This document shows positions 10,685 to 25,582 of a stretch of DNA of 64,000 nucleotides, piece by piece. Origin of the DNA: Rhizophagus irregularis. Taxonomy: Eukaryota. Made by a program: the position numbers and the translations under genes. Each line of letters begins with the position of its first letter. Position 1 is the first letter of the stretch. Under the pieces are notes generated by a model. It did not search any database. It was given only the letters and a program-made list of their open reading frames with translations, and was not told the origin of the DNA. Where the stretch lies: NCBI RefSeq assembly GCF_026210795.1, contig NC_089429.1:5332001-5396000 (forward strand), given 5' to 3'.

Positions 10685-10755
10685 TATAATTTATTATGCA
10701 AAATATCATCTGAACTGCTTCACAGTTCAGATAATATTTTGCATAATAAATTATA
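10685..10755. repeat. Fold-back inverted repeat (33-bp arms, 5-nt loop, 1 mismatch)
   Basis: tataatttattatgcaaaatatcatctgaactg-cttca-cagttcagataatattttgcataataaattata. Confidence 0.85.
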
Positions 10756-11292
10756 ATAAAAGTAACCCAAATAATATTTTATATATGAATCATATCAAAT
10801 ATATAAGAGTTTTGCTAACTTGCCTCTTAGGTTAAATAACCTGGATTAAATCACCTTCTTAAAATTTATAATTTATATTAATCATTTTTTTTTTTAAAAA
10901 AAAAAAATTATTTGTATTATTATTCATTTTACTTTATATAATTTAAATATTATAGAGTATAATGACCAAGTTTTCTTACATTTTTGATAATGTCTTTTGT
11001 TTTTGATTGTGATCATAATTTACATTTTTTTGAAAATTTGGGTAAAATTATATAATTAAATAAATTTTACTTATCAAGAATATATTATTATATACTAATA
11101 TTAGAATTTGTAGTTTTTTTCTAATTTATAATAAATAGTTAAATATATTATATTGATATATTTCTATTAATATGATTATTGTTGTCTTGGTATTTTTTGC
11201 ATTTGATATATAAGAAGTTATATAATGGATATAGTAGTGAATAGTTACATTGTAATATATATATCTGTATTCAGATAAATATTTTTTGACTT

Positions 11293-12830
11293 AGAAGTCT
11301 TATAATCTTGAAAGTTTTTACTGGTTAAAGTGTTAGTTGGATTGTTATTAATCTAAAGTTTAGTGTAATGCATATCAATCTATGTATTTTTTTAATATAT
11401 GATTTTTAATTGGTAATAGTTATTGATTAGCAAATTGAAAATGCAAGTTTAGATAATAGTATTGTTAAAAATTAAATATGAAATTTTTATTTATAAAGTA
11501 TTGTTAAAATTTAAATATGGATTTTTATTTAGAATCTTATAATCTTGTAAGTTTTTTACTGATTAAAGTATTAGTTGGATTGTTATTGATTAAAAGTTTG
11601 GTGTAATGCATATTAATCTATGTGTTCTTCTAATATATAATTTTTAATTGGTAATACTATATACTACAGGTTATAGTACTTCACTATGTATAGTACCCTT
11701 CTTGAAAAATTTCATAGAATTGTATAGTATCTGGGAGTAGAAGTTTGCATTGACCACTATTTTACAACCTGGCCTGGCCTACACTTGGAAATTAATATAA
11801 AGTGCCTGTTCCAGCCCAGCCTGGACTTAATATATCAAAAACCTGGTTCAGATTGGATTCAGATTTTTATTATATCATTTTGTTGTAAAAACAAAAAAAT
11901 TGGCTAACTTAATTTTGGCCAGTTTAATCTCGGTCAGAATTAAAATGATTTTGGCCAGAATTACAAAAATTTAGATTTTATGAAAATTCATATCCAGGTG
12001 AATTTTAAAGAAAATTTGCCAGCCCAAACCCAGATTCAGATCTGAACCGAATTAGGGTTTTCAGGGTTCTGGGACTCATTTGTAAATCTTTACCTAGAAG
12101 GGTATTTTACATTTATTTCGTGATTTAGTAATCAGATTTAAGCCATTTTTTCTTTATTTGATAACTCTCATTGAACTATTTAAAATAAAAAAAGATCACT
12201 TAAATTGAACTGGTAGATTATGAGATATTTGCAAAAAAATAGAATTTTTAAGTTTTGTTTAGTACCTGAAAGTGCAGGGTCAAACCCAATTTTTGCAAGA
12301 AGTACTATAGCTCACTATATATGGTAGTTGTTGATAAATGAATTAAAATATAAGGTTGGATAATAGCATTGTTAAAAAATTAAATATGAATATTATTTAT
12401 AAAGTATTGTTAAAATTTAAATATTGGATTTTTAGTTAGAGTTTTATAATTTTGAAAGTTTTTTACTGGTTAGAATGTTAGTTAAATTGTTATTGATTAA
12501 AAGTTTGCCGTAATGCTAATCATATTCTTTTAATATATGATTTTTAATTAGTAATAATTGTTGATGAGTGAATTGAAAATGTAAGTTTGGAATTTGGATA
12601 ACAGCATTGTTAAAAAATAAAATATGAAATTTTATTTATAAAGTATTGTTAAATTTAATTATTGCATTTTATTTAAAGTCTTATAATCTTGAATTTCTAA
12701 TATATGATTTTAATTGATAATAGTAATAAATAAATTGTTGATAAATTGAAAATGTAAGTTTAAATAATAGTATCATTAAAAAATCATTTTATTTATAAAG
12801 TATTGTTAAAATTTAAATATTGTATTTTAT
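11293..12830. repeat. ~240-bp degenerate tandem repeat (~4 units) interrupted by a ~670-bp insertion
   Basis: tcttataatcttg...gtgtaatgc...atatgatttttaatt...gataatag(t/c)attgttaaaaa recurs near 11298, 11536, 12442 and 12679. The second unit is broken at ~11657-12325 by sequence carrying inverted tatagtacttc/gaagtactata. Confidence 0.7.
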
Positions 12831-14914
12831 TTATATAGCATTGTTAAAAAATCAAATGTATTTATTATAGAGTATTATTAGAAATTTAGATATTGAATTT
12901 TTATTTATATAGTATTGTTAATATTGTTATAGATTGTTATATGTAATATTAAATATTGTATTTGCATAAAGAATTATCGCAGTTTTCAGAATTCTGTGTA
13001 CGTTGTGATGATTAAGTGATTATGATTGCAGGATGATTACAGGTCGATTACAGGACAACATTGTCCGATTTTTGTCCGGTAATTGTCCTGTAATCTAATA
13101 ATTTTTTTATTAGATGATCTATAAGGGGTAGCATAATTTTGAAAAGTGCGATAAGTGATTTGCATAAGAATTTCCTTTTTGAAAATTTGTAAACGTCACA
13201 TGATAGACTTTAATAAATCTTTAATTCCGGCCGGAATTAATGATCTGCATATAATTTTCCTTTTTGGGAAATTTGTGTAACTCAAAATTTCATTTTTCGT
13301 AAAGAACAAATTTCCTTTTTTTGGAAATTTGTGTAACGTCACGTGATATATTGGCTCATCGGTTGGCTGGCTTGATTGGCAGAATCAGCTGATCATGGGG
13401 ATTTTAAGGGATGTGGCAGTTAGCGCATCACACACAAAATGTCACCCTTCTGCGGGGATCACATTATATGTCACGTGCCACATCACATGCCTTCAATTTA
13501 TTAATGACGGAGAAAAGGCAAATATATATAGTGGTGATATATATATATATGTATATACATATTATATATAAGTTGCCTAATTTACATTATTATTTTAAAA
13601 ATTTAAAAATATTATCAAATAAGATTCAACCTATTTGTTAGGAGTCACGAAAATTTTGACATTAATGACATGATAAATAATGCAAAAACTCACTCTAGAA
13701 TTTCACATGTTTCTATGCAAATTCATGTGATATTGTGTGCCTATGTTGTTTTTACATTGAATCCACTTTTTATTTATCGGATACATAAAACGAACGAAAG
13801 CTTCAGAAAAAAATTAAGAATTAGGACGTCTTACTATAAATGTAAATTACCAAAACTAGAACTACTATAGTTGGAAGATCAGATAAATTATTAAGAAATC
13901 CCACATGCAAATCAAACCAACAAAATAAATTTATTATTTATCCATTCGATATCCGGCTGTATATATATAATTAAGTAAAATAATAACTTTCCTGTATTTA
14001 CTTAATTAATTACGAGATTATATATGTTTAATATGTTTAATATAATCTAATCGTTTTATGATATAAATAGCCATAAATAACCGAATAGTTACACTATAAC
14101 ATTATTTCACAGTTTATTGGTTGATTTTACTTTAATTAATAAACCAGTAAATTGATGTTCATATGTAACTTATGCAGCACAAACTTTAAACAATCGTAAT
14201 TTTTTGGTTATGCGATGAAATTTCATTTTTATCCGGTGACCCGGACAATAAATTTTTTTTTTTTTTAAAAAAAAAGAAGTTTTTCCCGGATGGTCGGGTC
14301 AAATTTTATTGATTTTTTTTACTTTTGATAAATAATTTTATATTTTGATTTTCCTAAGTTACGAATTTCGATTGAATAGTTAATACAAAACATCGAGAAA
14401 AATAAATTCTGGTCTTCACCGCACTGAACTTATTAAAAGATGAGATTAAAAGTTTATAATATATATTTTGAGTTATTGTATAAATATTAATTAAAAATCG
14501 TAAAAACTATTATGGAAATGAAAAAATTATAAATATCGATATAATAAACGTAATAATAAACGTTACGTGGAATTTCAAAAATTTATATTTTAAAATTCTA
14601 TTATTAAAGTGATATAATATTATAAGAAAAATTTATTTGTAACTTACTGTATGTTTAAAATTAAGGTGAAATTATATCAAAAATAGAGCTTTAATTGAGA
14701 TGTTTCTAATGATATAAAAATAAAAATATTCATAAGAAAAGTCACAAAAAGTTGTTCCCAATCTCTCAAATTTTGAAAAATAAAGATCGCCTAACTTAAA
14801 AATAGCACGATGATAAAAATTTCTATTATTATTTAAATATGTTATAAGCAAAAAAAGAAATAAATCATATCAAGTCTTAATCCCTTACAATTAATTATTC
14901 CAACATTATTGCGG

Positions 14915-15213
14915 AACCTTCGATAAACGGAACCTTCGATAAAACGTTGAACCTTCGATAAAACGTTGAACCTTCGATAAACCGTTGTACCTTCGATAAA
15001 CCGTTGTACCTTCGATAAAACGTTGAACCTTCGATAAACCGTTGTACCTTCGATAAATCGTTGTACCTTCGATAAACCGTTGTACCTTCGATAAATCGTT
15101 GTACCTTCGATAAATCGTTGTACCTTCGATAAATCGTTGTACCTTCGATAAATCGTTGAACCTTCGATAAATCGTTGAACCTTCGATAAACCGTTCGATA
15201 AACTGGAACCTTC
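14915..15213. repeat. 19-bp minisatellite (W-ACCTTCGATAAA-H-CGTTG), ~15 copies
   Basis: Directly contiguous units without spacers. Explains the 19-aa periodic ORFs in the track. Confidence 0.95.
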
Positions 15214-15698
15214 AATTACCAGAGTCTGGAACGGATTATTATAATACAATAATCGATATATCGGATTTCTTGATTATATCTGATTTTTCTAATGAAACGA
15301 ACGAGTCCGACTGCCTGTGCATAATTAATATACAAATAACATTAAATCGTGATCTACTTACCCATCGAGTTCCGCGTTGTTTTATGGGACGTATTTTTTT
15401 ATTTCAAAGCATGAAGTTGGTTTGAATAAGGAATTGCTCTTTATTAAATTTATTATGACTAAATTATTTACGCCTATTAACCAAATTTTCTATTGTATTT
15501 AATAAATGAAATGTATTTCATTTTTTTAAAAAAAAAAATTGTTATCGTTATTAGTTAAAAAAGAATTGTAAATTTTAACGGAGACATTCAAAAAAATTTT
15601 TCTTGCCCTAATTACCTCCCTGTAAAAATTACTCTTGACATGCATTGAGATTTAGTGATGGGTGATACAGTCAATAAGGTACTCTAACGAAAGTGAGC

Positions 15699-15783
15699 AC
15701 CATATACTGTTCACACCATATACTGTTCACACCATATACTGTTTACACCGTATACTGTATAACTCACACCATATACTGTATAA
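15699..15783. repeat. ~16-bp tandem repeat accatatactgttcac, ~5 copies
   Basis: catatactgttcacac catatactgttcacac catatactgtttacac cgtatactgt... Confidence 0.85.
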
Positions 15784-18770
15784 CAAAGATAACAGAAATT
15801 TATTTATGAAAGATAGAATTTTCTAAATTAAATAAAGATAAATAAAGGAATGCTTTTAATTAAAATGCAACGCAAAGTTTTCGCGTATGGTAACATAAAG
15901 AACGTAATAACGAAAATAAACGAACACAATAAGCACATGTAACGCTAAAATGGCATATAGAAAAAAAATTATGAAGAACCAATCTTATTATGAAAAGAAC
16001 GGATAAACAACAATAAACAAATAAAAATACAAACATATTCTCCTTTATGCCTATCCTCCAAATTTGGTTTTTTATTTATCAACTTTGATCTTCGGTAACA
16101 ATTGACGATTAACGATTAATGATTACACATTTTTACACCTGTACACAAAAATACTTGAATAATTTTAAAATGGGTTTCCAGATTTGTTAATAATAATTTT
16201 ATTAACAATAAAGAATGTTATGAAAATGAATATTATATAAACGTTGTTTGTGTTTTTCATGTTTTTTTTTGTAAATAAATAAATTATTAATAATTTTTTT
16301 ATGTAATTTATAAAGAATTTAAAAAGTCTTAACAAAAAAAGGTAAAATGATTATTCAGCCACATCAAAATATAACAAAATATAACGAATTCAAAAATGAA
16401 ACAATTTGAATTTAATGAATAAAGAAGTGATAAAGAAATATTGAAATTTTTATTATTCATCTCCCAAAAGTCCAGACCTTGTCGAATTTGAAATATTGAA
16501 TTATTTGAAAAAGTTAAAAGTTAATAAAGTAATGAAAGTAATGAAAGTTAATGAAAGTAATGAAAGTAATGGATCACAAAAACCAAATTGAACGCCATTT
16601 TACGTAACGCATACACAATTTTGGAAATTCTTTTTAAAATTTAATCAATTTATTGACAATTAACACACGATTCATGTCAATTTGATAAGGAAAGCGATTT
16701 AAAATTTAAAGTTCTGTTTTTCGTAACGTAATTTGAATGATTTTTATTATTATGTTAAATAATAAATGATTGGCGCGAAGTTCTTTTTGAGAGATCTACA
16801 AAAATTTTTTTTTTTTTAATATATCCTGAATTTATTAAAATATTCTGCACAAAAAATTTTATTTATTATTTTCTGCACAAAATTTTTATTTATAAAAAAA
16901 AAATGTGATTATTTATAATTTCCAAGTTATTACAATTCATTTTAAATTTATTTGTTTGAAAATTTTATTATCTTATATAAATTACATTTATAGAATTAAT
17001 GAAACATTTAACAAAAGAGACAATTCCAATGTTTCGTTTTATTAAATGAACATACATTTTATTATTTTGATAAAATTGTTTTAAAATCCCTAATTTCCTT
17101 TTACAAAAAAATTTATATAAGTATAATATAAAAAAAAAAAAAAAAATTAAAAATTATAAAACTTTAAATAGAACAATATAATTCGAAGATTCTGATTGTC
17201 ATACCGGTCTTTTTTTTTTGAAATTGTGTTTTAAAATTTTTTTATTTATTATAGTTAAAAGTAATTAATATTTAATATATTTTTGGGAATTTATACAATA
17301 CTTTTTTGATCGTATATTATTGTAATTATACGATTTTTTTTTTTAATAACTGATAAAAAAAGATTATATTTGTATCTAATCATAAAATATAATAAATAAA
17401 TAAATACTTTTTAAGTTGATATCAAATGGGTTACAATTTGATAAGCATCAAATCCGTTAATATCCGAAAAAAAAAATCTGTTAAGCTAATGAGCGTTCTG
17501 AGTAGTCAAAATAATCATTACCGAGAATCTAACTAATTTAAAATATTGTGATACATTATATACCTAGAGTTTGGGACTAGAACCAAATCTGGATAATGTT
17601 TGGGATACACTGGGGTCATTATTTTGTATCCCTCCTTATGATATCTTGGTTTTTTTAATATTATTAAAAATTATTTACTGATACATCGGATTTAACTCCG
17701 ATAATATTTAATAAACCAATTACCATGATTATAACCCTCGCTTCTATAGTTTTCTATAATCTTATATTTAGTAAAGATTAAACAATAAAAAGAAAAGGTA
17801 TTAGCCGAGAAAAATAGTGGAATTTCTTTTTAAACCTAAACTTAACCTTGTTTAAATGAACTAACCTTTATAAGTCAATATTTACGTCTTATCTTTTAAT
17901 ATTGTTTGAAAATAATATTGTGAACGAAAAAAAAATCTCGTTTTTCGGTAAGAACGTCCATTGTATGAAATTTTTCATTCACTATATCTTTTAGATTATT
18001 AATAAAATTTGTTTCCATCTATAATCTGCCCCACAATGGTATTTTTGGGCCAAAGTTACTCGGGCTAAAAAAAAAATTAATTATTATTTTCTTTTAAATT
18101 AAAGCACGTGGTATTTTAATTATTCCCCTTATTTTTCTTATTTTAGAATTCCACCTCATTTCCTTTTATATTTGTTTATCATTATTGTACCACTTTCAGT
18201 TTTCACGATCTTTCATCGTCATGAAATAAGTATTAACTGTATAAACTGTGAAACTGTTTAATTTTTTTTTTGCAAACACGTACAATCCAATCAATTTCGC
18301 GTATAAAGAAAGACAATGAATTAGTGAAACGATAAAATGGCATCAAACAAATGATTTTATTATGAACATTAATAAAATGAAATAAATTCGCCGCTCGAAA
18401 TTTTTTCTTTTTTTTTCTTTTTTTTTAGATAAGGTTAATTGAAAAAATTTTATCCACTGTAAATTTTAGTTTAGCCTTATTTAATTCAATATCTCCTGAC
18501 AGGTCAATCAAAAATTTGAACCTACATCAGTTCTCTTTATTTATTTATTTTGTTTTTAATATAAAACTTTAATTTTCATTCATTTATTATATACATATAA
18601 AAAAATTAAAATTACTTAAAGTAATTACTATAAAAATTTTATGTGAAACTATAAAAAAAAAAAAATTATTTATAAAAGGCGATTAAAAAAGGTTATAAAA
18701 AATAAAAACCCCCCAAAAAAAAAAAATATTTTTTCTCTCCCAATAAATAAATAATAAAAAATAATCAATC

Positions 18771-21029
18771 ATGTGGATGTTTTTAGGGTTTTTAATAATT
18801 TTCATTTATATAATTCAAAAGAATTATAATAGAAAACACAATAATTTTCTCGGTAAAGAAGTTCCAAAAATTCCATTTCTTCCTGTAGCATGGTCCATAT
18901 TAACTGGACCTCATGTTGAGGTTTTAGAAACTATACCTGATGAATATTATCAATCAGGAATTTATAAGGTATTTTTTTTAATTATTAAATGAATTTTTTT
19001 GAAAACCTTTTGATTTAAAACGACAAAAAAATACTATTCTTTTTTTTAATATATAGGCTCGTTTAGGGCCAAATGATTATTATACTATCGTAAGTGCCGA
19101 TTTTGCAAGAAAATTATTAACTGAATCAGGTAAGCATTTTACGATAAAACGTGAGACGTAATTATGTAGAAAAAAGGTTACATAAATTTTTTAATAAATA
19201 TTTTTTTTTTCCTTTTTTTTTTTAAAAAAAAAAAATAATAATAAATAAATAAATAAATAAACAGAGGATGTTGTTCCAAAATACAAATTTAGTAGCGAAT
19301 TACCTGTTCTTAAATTTTATGGAACAGGAATTGTATTCTCAAACGGAGAGGTAAATTTTTATTGATTACGTCATCAATTACGTGAAACGTCTCCATGTGA
19401 TGATTACTTACACAGCATCAATCAATCAGCAATGGCGTACCCATAGAAAATTATCTAATCCGGCATTTAATCGTGCATTATCCCCCAAAGTCATGGGGGA
19501 TGTTGTATTGGAATCATTTAAATATTTACGAAAAGAAATTCATCAACCAGTGGATATTTATGAACTTTTGCAACGTATAACAACCGAAGTTTTAGGTCAG
19601 GTTGCTTTTGGTTATTCATTTGGGGTAAGAAAAAAAAAAACTTTTTATCAATCATCATTTTTTTCTATTTCATAAAATTTTTAATATTCTTTATATTTTT
19701 TTCTTTTTTCTTTTTCTTTTAGACTTTAAAGTCCAAGGAATTACCAGATATCGTCCGTAAATATAAAATTATTATGACAAATGTTGAGTCATATATATTA
19801 TACATATTCCCATTCTTGAACAAATTACCAACTAGAAAAAATAAAATATTTAATTCCGCCGTAAAAGATTTTGATAAATTTGTATTTGAAATTATCGACC
19901 TTAAAAGAATCGAACTTGCCAAACGTAAAAAATTAAATGAAAAGAAAAAATGTAATAATGAAGAATTATTGATTAGTATGTTGGAAGCAAGTGAACAAGA
20001 AAATCTTAATATTGGAACCAAGGATTTGAGGGATAATATAATTAATTTTTTCAGTGCTGGCAACGATAGTAAGTATTATTTATGATTCTTATTTCTGTTT
20101 ATAATAATATTTCTTACTCAATATTTATTTATTTTAGCTACTTCGATGTCAGTGAGTTCGTCAATTTATTATCTCGCAAAATATCCAGTAAGTATTGCCA
20201 TTTAATTAAATCATCGCTTTCTTTTTTCTAAATTGACTTTTTTTAAAAAATATATATATATATAAATAGCATATGCAAAAGAGAGCAAGAGAGGAAGTAA
20301 TTAGTATAATCGGCAACGAATTGAAAATACCGACGGCCGATCAGCTAAAGGTATAAAATCAACGAATGACTTTTTTTCTTTTTAATTAATTTATAAAAGC
20401 TTACGAGAAATCTTCTTAACTTGTAGGAAATGAAATACTTAAACGCTGTTATAAAAGAAAGTTTACGTAGATATCCTGCCCCAATGACCTATAGGCAACT
20501 GCTGAAGCCTACACAATTTGGCGAATATGTGCTTCCAGAAAACTCCATAATACGAGTATCGAATTTCGCAGTCCACCATGATCCTAAATATTGGGATAAC
20601 GCTTATACATTTGATCCAGAAAGGTGGCTAACGAATGAAAAGAGAAGCAATCAATATTCTTATATTCCATTTAGCGTCGGACCAAGAAATTGGTAGGTTT
20701 TAAAATTAAATGTGTTTACTTCTTCCTTATGTAGTTGATATTTATAATACGTGCGTATATATTTTTTTTTATAGCGTCGGTCAAAACTTCTCTATAATGG
20801 AACAAAGAATTATAATTGCAATGTTTTGTAAGTATTCTAAAAAATCGATTTTATAAAATGAAATTATTATGTAATTATCATTAATAACATATATTGTTTA
20901 ATTATTGTAGTGCTAAAATATGAATGGAGTTTACCAAAAAACTCGATACATAAAGATGAATTAGTCCTCAGTAACGCATTTCTATTTAGACCCAAGAACC
21001 TTGAAATTAATATTAAAGAAAGGATTTAA
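18771..21029 (+). CDS. Cytochrome P450, 10 exons
   Basis: Exons ~18771-18968, 19057-19129, 19265-19350, 19430-19624, 19723-20068, 20138-20187, 20270-20350, 20427-20692, 20775-20827, 20911-21029, all with GT-AG introns. N-terminal TM anchor, WxxxR (QWRTHR), I-helix AGNDT, KESLR, PERW, heme motif FSVGPRNCVG (Cys codon split by an intron). Confidence 0.95.
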
Positions 21030-22531
21030 TTGGAAGTTTTTTCTTTTTTATTAGATTAACCGCCATAATTATTATTTTCATTATTATTATATATATTAGA
21101 TTTTTATCATTAGTTAGCTTATCTGATATTACAAACTTTTGTAACATACAGTATTGTATTTTTATTTTGCATTAAAATTTCATGGTTGAAATCATTTAAA
21201 TTCATGTATAGTTGGGGGTTGTATATCTAATATCTGCGCAATGATACAACGTATGTTACAACGTTGTATTATCATATTATAATAATACAATAGCATTTTT
21301 TTTTTTAACGTATGATTAAAGAAAATTAACTTTGTGTATTAGTTGAAACATGCGTTACAACGTTGTATTATCGTATTTGTAATAATATATCTAAACAATC
21401 TGTAATAAATTTAATCATACGATCACAAGGGTTCAATCGTAACAATCGTAACAGTGTGACAATTTATGAAACGTAACAATATCTTAAAGTTTGTACACAA
21501 ATATCAAAATTCCTCACGTCATAATTATGTATTTGCACGGCATCGATCATATGAGTAATGATTTTAAGTTATATTAACACATGAGCGAGTGACAGTCCAA
21601 ACTTTAATGTGTTATTGCTTAAAATAACAAAATAAATAATTTTTATTTAAACCATACAAATTAAATAATAGTAACTTAACAAAGTTTCTTAGTTCGATAC
21701 TTTTCCTGGTAATTATGAAAAAAGTTTCAAGTGCGTTCAATTGAATCGTTTGTTTAATAAAGTAAGAATATTATAAACAATCAAATACAACTTTTTTTAA
21801 AAAGAACAAATTGTAGTATGTAATTTTAACGCACAACTTTATTTTAGATCACGTGACATATTATCTTCAGCTGACACTTTTATAATTTCGGCCAAAATTG
21901 AGTTTGGCCCGCACTTTACTTTAGTTCGGAATAACATTAGTTGTTCAAAGAATATGATCGATTCTTAATATATTTTCACCAAGATTCCGTCATAATCATA
22001 TAACGTTATTATTCCTCTATCACGCAAATTAATAATTTGAATCACTTTATTAGATTTTCCGTTTGTTTATAGCTATCAACTATCAGACCGATCCTAAATT
22101 CCCTGATGTTCAAACTTCAAAACCCCGATCAACAAAATCCTGAATTAAAAATTCCCGCAGATCAGACGTTCAACAATCATAATCCTAAAAATCAAAAACC
22201 CGAAACTAATATTTTAAGTTTTTATCACAACAATTTAATACTTCACAAAAAATTAAAATGATTATTATAATATTTTGCGATAATATATTGAGATAATGAG
22301 TATTGTGATAATGAATGTTGGGGATAATTATTGGGATAATGAGTATCGGGATAATGAGTATCGGGATAATGAGTATCGGAATAATGAGTATATTGGGATA
22401 ATAAGTGTTGGAATGATAAGTGTTGGGATTTTGTGATTATGATTTATATAACGAGATTTTGATCTAATAAAATGTATAGTTTGTTCATGAATTTCTTTTC
22501 CGCATACTTAAATTCCCCCTTTATTCCATTC

Positions 22532-23073
22532 GGGGACCCCTTCACATTACCGACAATAGACAGGTCCATTTTACCAACACTCATTTTACCATCAACATTT
22601 ACTATTATGAAAATTAAAATACATATTTAATATAAAAGAATTAACCAATAATATATATAAAAATAAAAAATTGATTAATGTATAACAAAAAATGTGAAAT
22701 ACTATGATATTTAGATATAAAAAAAATAACTTTGGAATTTAATATTTTAATTTTATCAATTTTATTTTTTTTAAAAAAAAAAATTTATTTCAGCTTCATA
22801 ATATATTTGTACTTAAAATTGTTCTTAATAATTTTTCTTAATTTTGTTTATATAATTTGCTTTTTTTTTGTAATGCATTCTAGAATATTTTCAAAATGTT
22901 AATTGAATATAATAATTTACTGTATATTATTTCAATTAATAATAAATAATAAACTAATAAAAGTTTTATTTTAAAACAATAATAAATAAACAATAACAAA
23001 TAAATAAATTATTATTTTCCACATTACTTTATTTTATTACAAATGATGATTGTCGGTAATGTGAACCAGACCC
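22532..23073. mobile_element. MULE-like non-autonomous TIR element
   Basis: ttcacattaccgacaat (22541-22557) is inverse to attgtcggtaatgtgaa (23049-23065). GGG/CCC ends. TSD not seen. Confidence 0.55.
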
Positions 23074-24033
23074 ATTTTTTATTGAAAATTTTTTTTAAAA
23101 AAAAATCGCAAAAAAAAAATAGAAAATTTGCGTTGTTTTTTTTTTGTTATTTTGAAATTATTAAAAAAAAAATAAAATTGTTTCTACATTTTTTTTTTTT
23201 AATTAATTTTTTTTCTTTGGAGGCGTAAATTTATTAAAAAGAAATATTTCCAAAAATTTAAACAAAATTTAATTAATTTGGCGACGTTTAGAATTTTTGC
23301 TTAAAATTTTATCATATGCGGATCGACAATTATGTTTAAAACTTTTAAAATAATTATATTCAGCTTATTTTACTAAAAAAAAACAAACAATAAATTTTAT
23401 AAAATAAAAAATAAAAAAAAAATCATTAAATTTTATTTTTTTTTGCGTATTTATTTTTAAGATTAATGATCCTTCGCTTTTTTTTTAAAAAAAAAACGCC
23501 AAAATTTTTCTAAATACTCAGGTTGTTTATCGCGTCTTCCAGCAGAAATAAAAAAAGAAGTTTCAGAAGACGAAAAAATTGGACAAAAAGCGAGTTAACA
23601 AAGATGGTAAAGATAAAGAAGACAGTGATGATACTCATGATAGTGATACAGATAAGGATCAGGCAATTTTTAAGAAAGGAGTTATAGTTAAAGGAGAGAA
23701 TAAAAATAAAAGTCTAAGAAAAATAAAAGGAAGGTTTATACAAGTTCGTGCAAAGTATTTAGTTTGTTTAGATTTTATTTTTATATTTTTAGACTAGTCA
23801 GAAATTTAGAAGGACCCCGAGCAATATATATAGGTAACAAGAAAGGTCAAATTTTTATAATAGCTCTACGCAAGGTTTCTATTAAGATAAATAAGCAAAT
23901 TCAACATGTAACTTCATGAATTACACAATCAAATCATATGACATAAAAATTTTTTAGTACAATAATAAAATACGTTGATAATTTCCAATTATTGTCATTT
24001 TATTTTTCATTTTATCAATTACTTTCGCGATAT

Positions 24034-24092
24034 CCCTATCCGAGAAGAAACTCAGACACGTGATCATTTTTCCGAAAAATTTTTTTATAGGG
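24034..24092. mobile_element. 59-bp CCCTAT...ATAGGG mini-element with 3-bp TSD
   Basis: tat|ccctat...tttttttataggg|tat. Confidence 0.55.
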
Positions 24093-25159
24093 TATACAAT
24101 TGAACATTTCATCATTTTTTCAATAATGTCATGTCATCCCAACCGAAATATTCATCATATTTCTTTTCATTCCCTATTAGCTTAAGTATATTACCATCAA
24201 TTAAAACTTTGATATAATAAACTATGTTAGATGACACATGTCATTCTTTTGATCTTTATTTTTATAGTTGACGATCTAGAATTTTCATAATTAAATATTG
24301 CCCAATTTATCCAGAAATAACTAATAAGCAATCGTCTTTAAAAATCTCGTCAAAATTAAGCAAAATAAAAAATATGACGTTAACCATATATATCGTTAAC
24401 CTCTAACTGTGGTAGCATGTGGCTAAGCAAATAATATTGTTACCTATTTTATGGTCCTAATTTAGAATAGTTTTTACTTTATAATAACAAAATTTTAGTG
24501 TATTTTGATCTTTGATTTGGTTAATCTCTTCTTGCTGCGCCACAAAGAACTTTGAAATGATGTTTCACAGTATTCCTCGTATAGTGTAAGTTAAATTCAT
24601 CCATGGGTGGTTGTAGGTGATGAACCGTCGTCTGTTGAAGGAAGGGATTTTCGCATACTAATTAATGAATTAATCAAACCCATATACTCCACAGATGTCT
24701 TTTAAAAAGCTTTTCATAATATAAATAATAGTAATTGTTTTATAATAAATAAAGGTGCAAACTTTACCGATGTATCTTACGTTTACTCCATAAATTAAAT
24801 ATATAAAAAAAAGTTCAAAGTTCTTTATATTTATATATTTAAAATTTAAGAATTTATTTTTCTATGAAAATTTAATTTAATTTAATTTTTTTTTTTTTTG
24901 TGAAATTGTGAAAAATATTAGATAATAGAACGATATCTTAAATCATTTCATATCTTTATCTTGTTTTTATATCAGCAAATTTGCCATCACATTTTTTACA
25001 TTTTTTACAATGACGAACGATAGAAATAAATTGTGGTTCGTGATTTATGATATCCATATCAATTTTTCAACAAAATTTTCATTCTTAATTTTAATAAATA
25101 AATTCAAGATCTTTGAAACAAAGTTATATCGAGCTACGTCACGAGTTACAACCTTAGTA

Positions 25160-25358
25160 CCCTAGCCATGGCGAAAAAAAGTGACTGACACGTGACTTTT
25201 GGCCCGCATTACGGCGTTATGCACTAACACGTGAAAATAACCGGTGAAGAATAAGGGGTGACGAATAAGTTTTTACCTACTCGAAAAAAACTAACGCGGT
25301 GGGTGTGACGGTTGTGATGAATAAAATGCAGTCACGTGTCAGTCACTTTTTTTTAGGG
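25160..25358. mobile_element. Small TIR element upstream of the kinase gene
   Basis: Perfect 24-bp inverted repeat aaaaaaagtgactgacacgtgact (25174-25197) / 25330-25353, with outer CCCT...AGGG. Confidence 0.7.
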
Positions 25359-25582
25359 TTGTATTACAACCTAGCTAAAAAAAGAAATAGCATGAAATAT
25401 TTTTTTGATCTAACACATTGAAAGTAAATTATCGTATTACACGAATTGATCAACAGTTACCGATCATGTTGTAACACATTATATACATAAATGTATAATA
25501 AATTAATTTCGTTCGAGTTTTTTTCTTTTTTCTTTTTTTTTTTAAATTAATTTCTAAAAATCATTAAAATCATACAGAGAAA

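Noticed and set aside
14842..15249. CRISPR-like array or repeat-protein ORFs
   Set aside because: Units are contiguous 19-mers with no unique spacers. The ORFs are just translations of the minisatellite.
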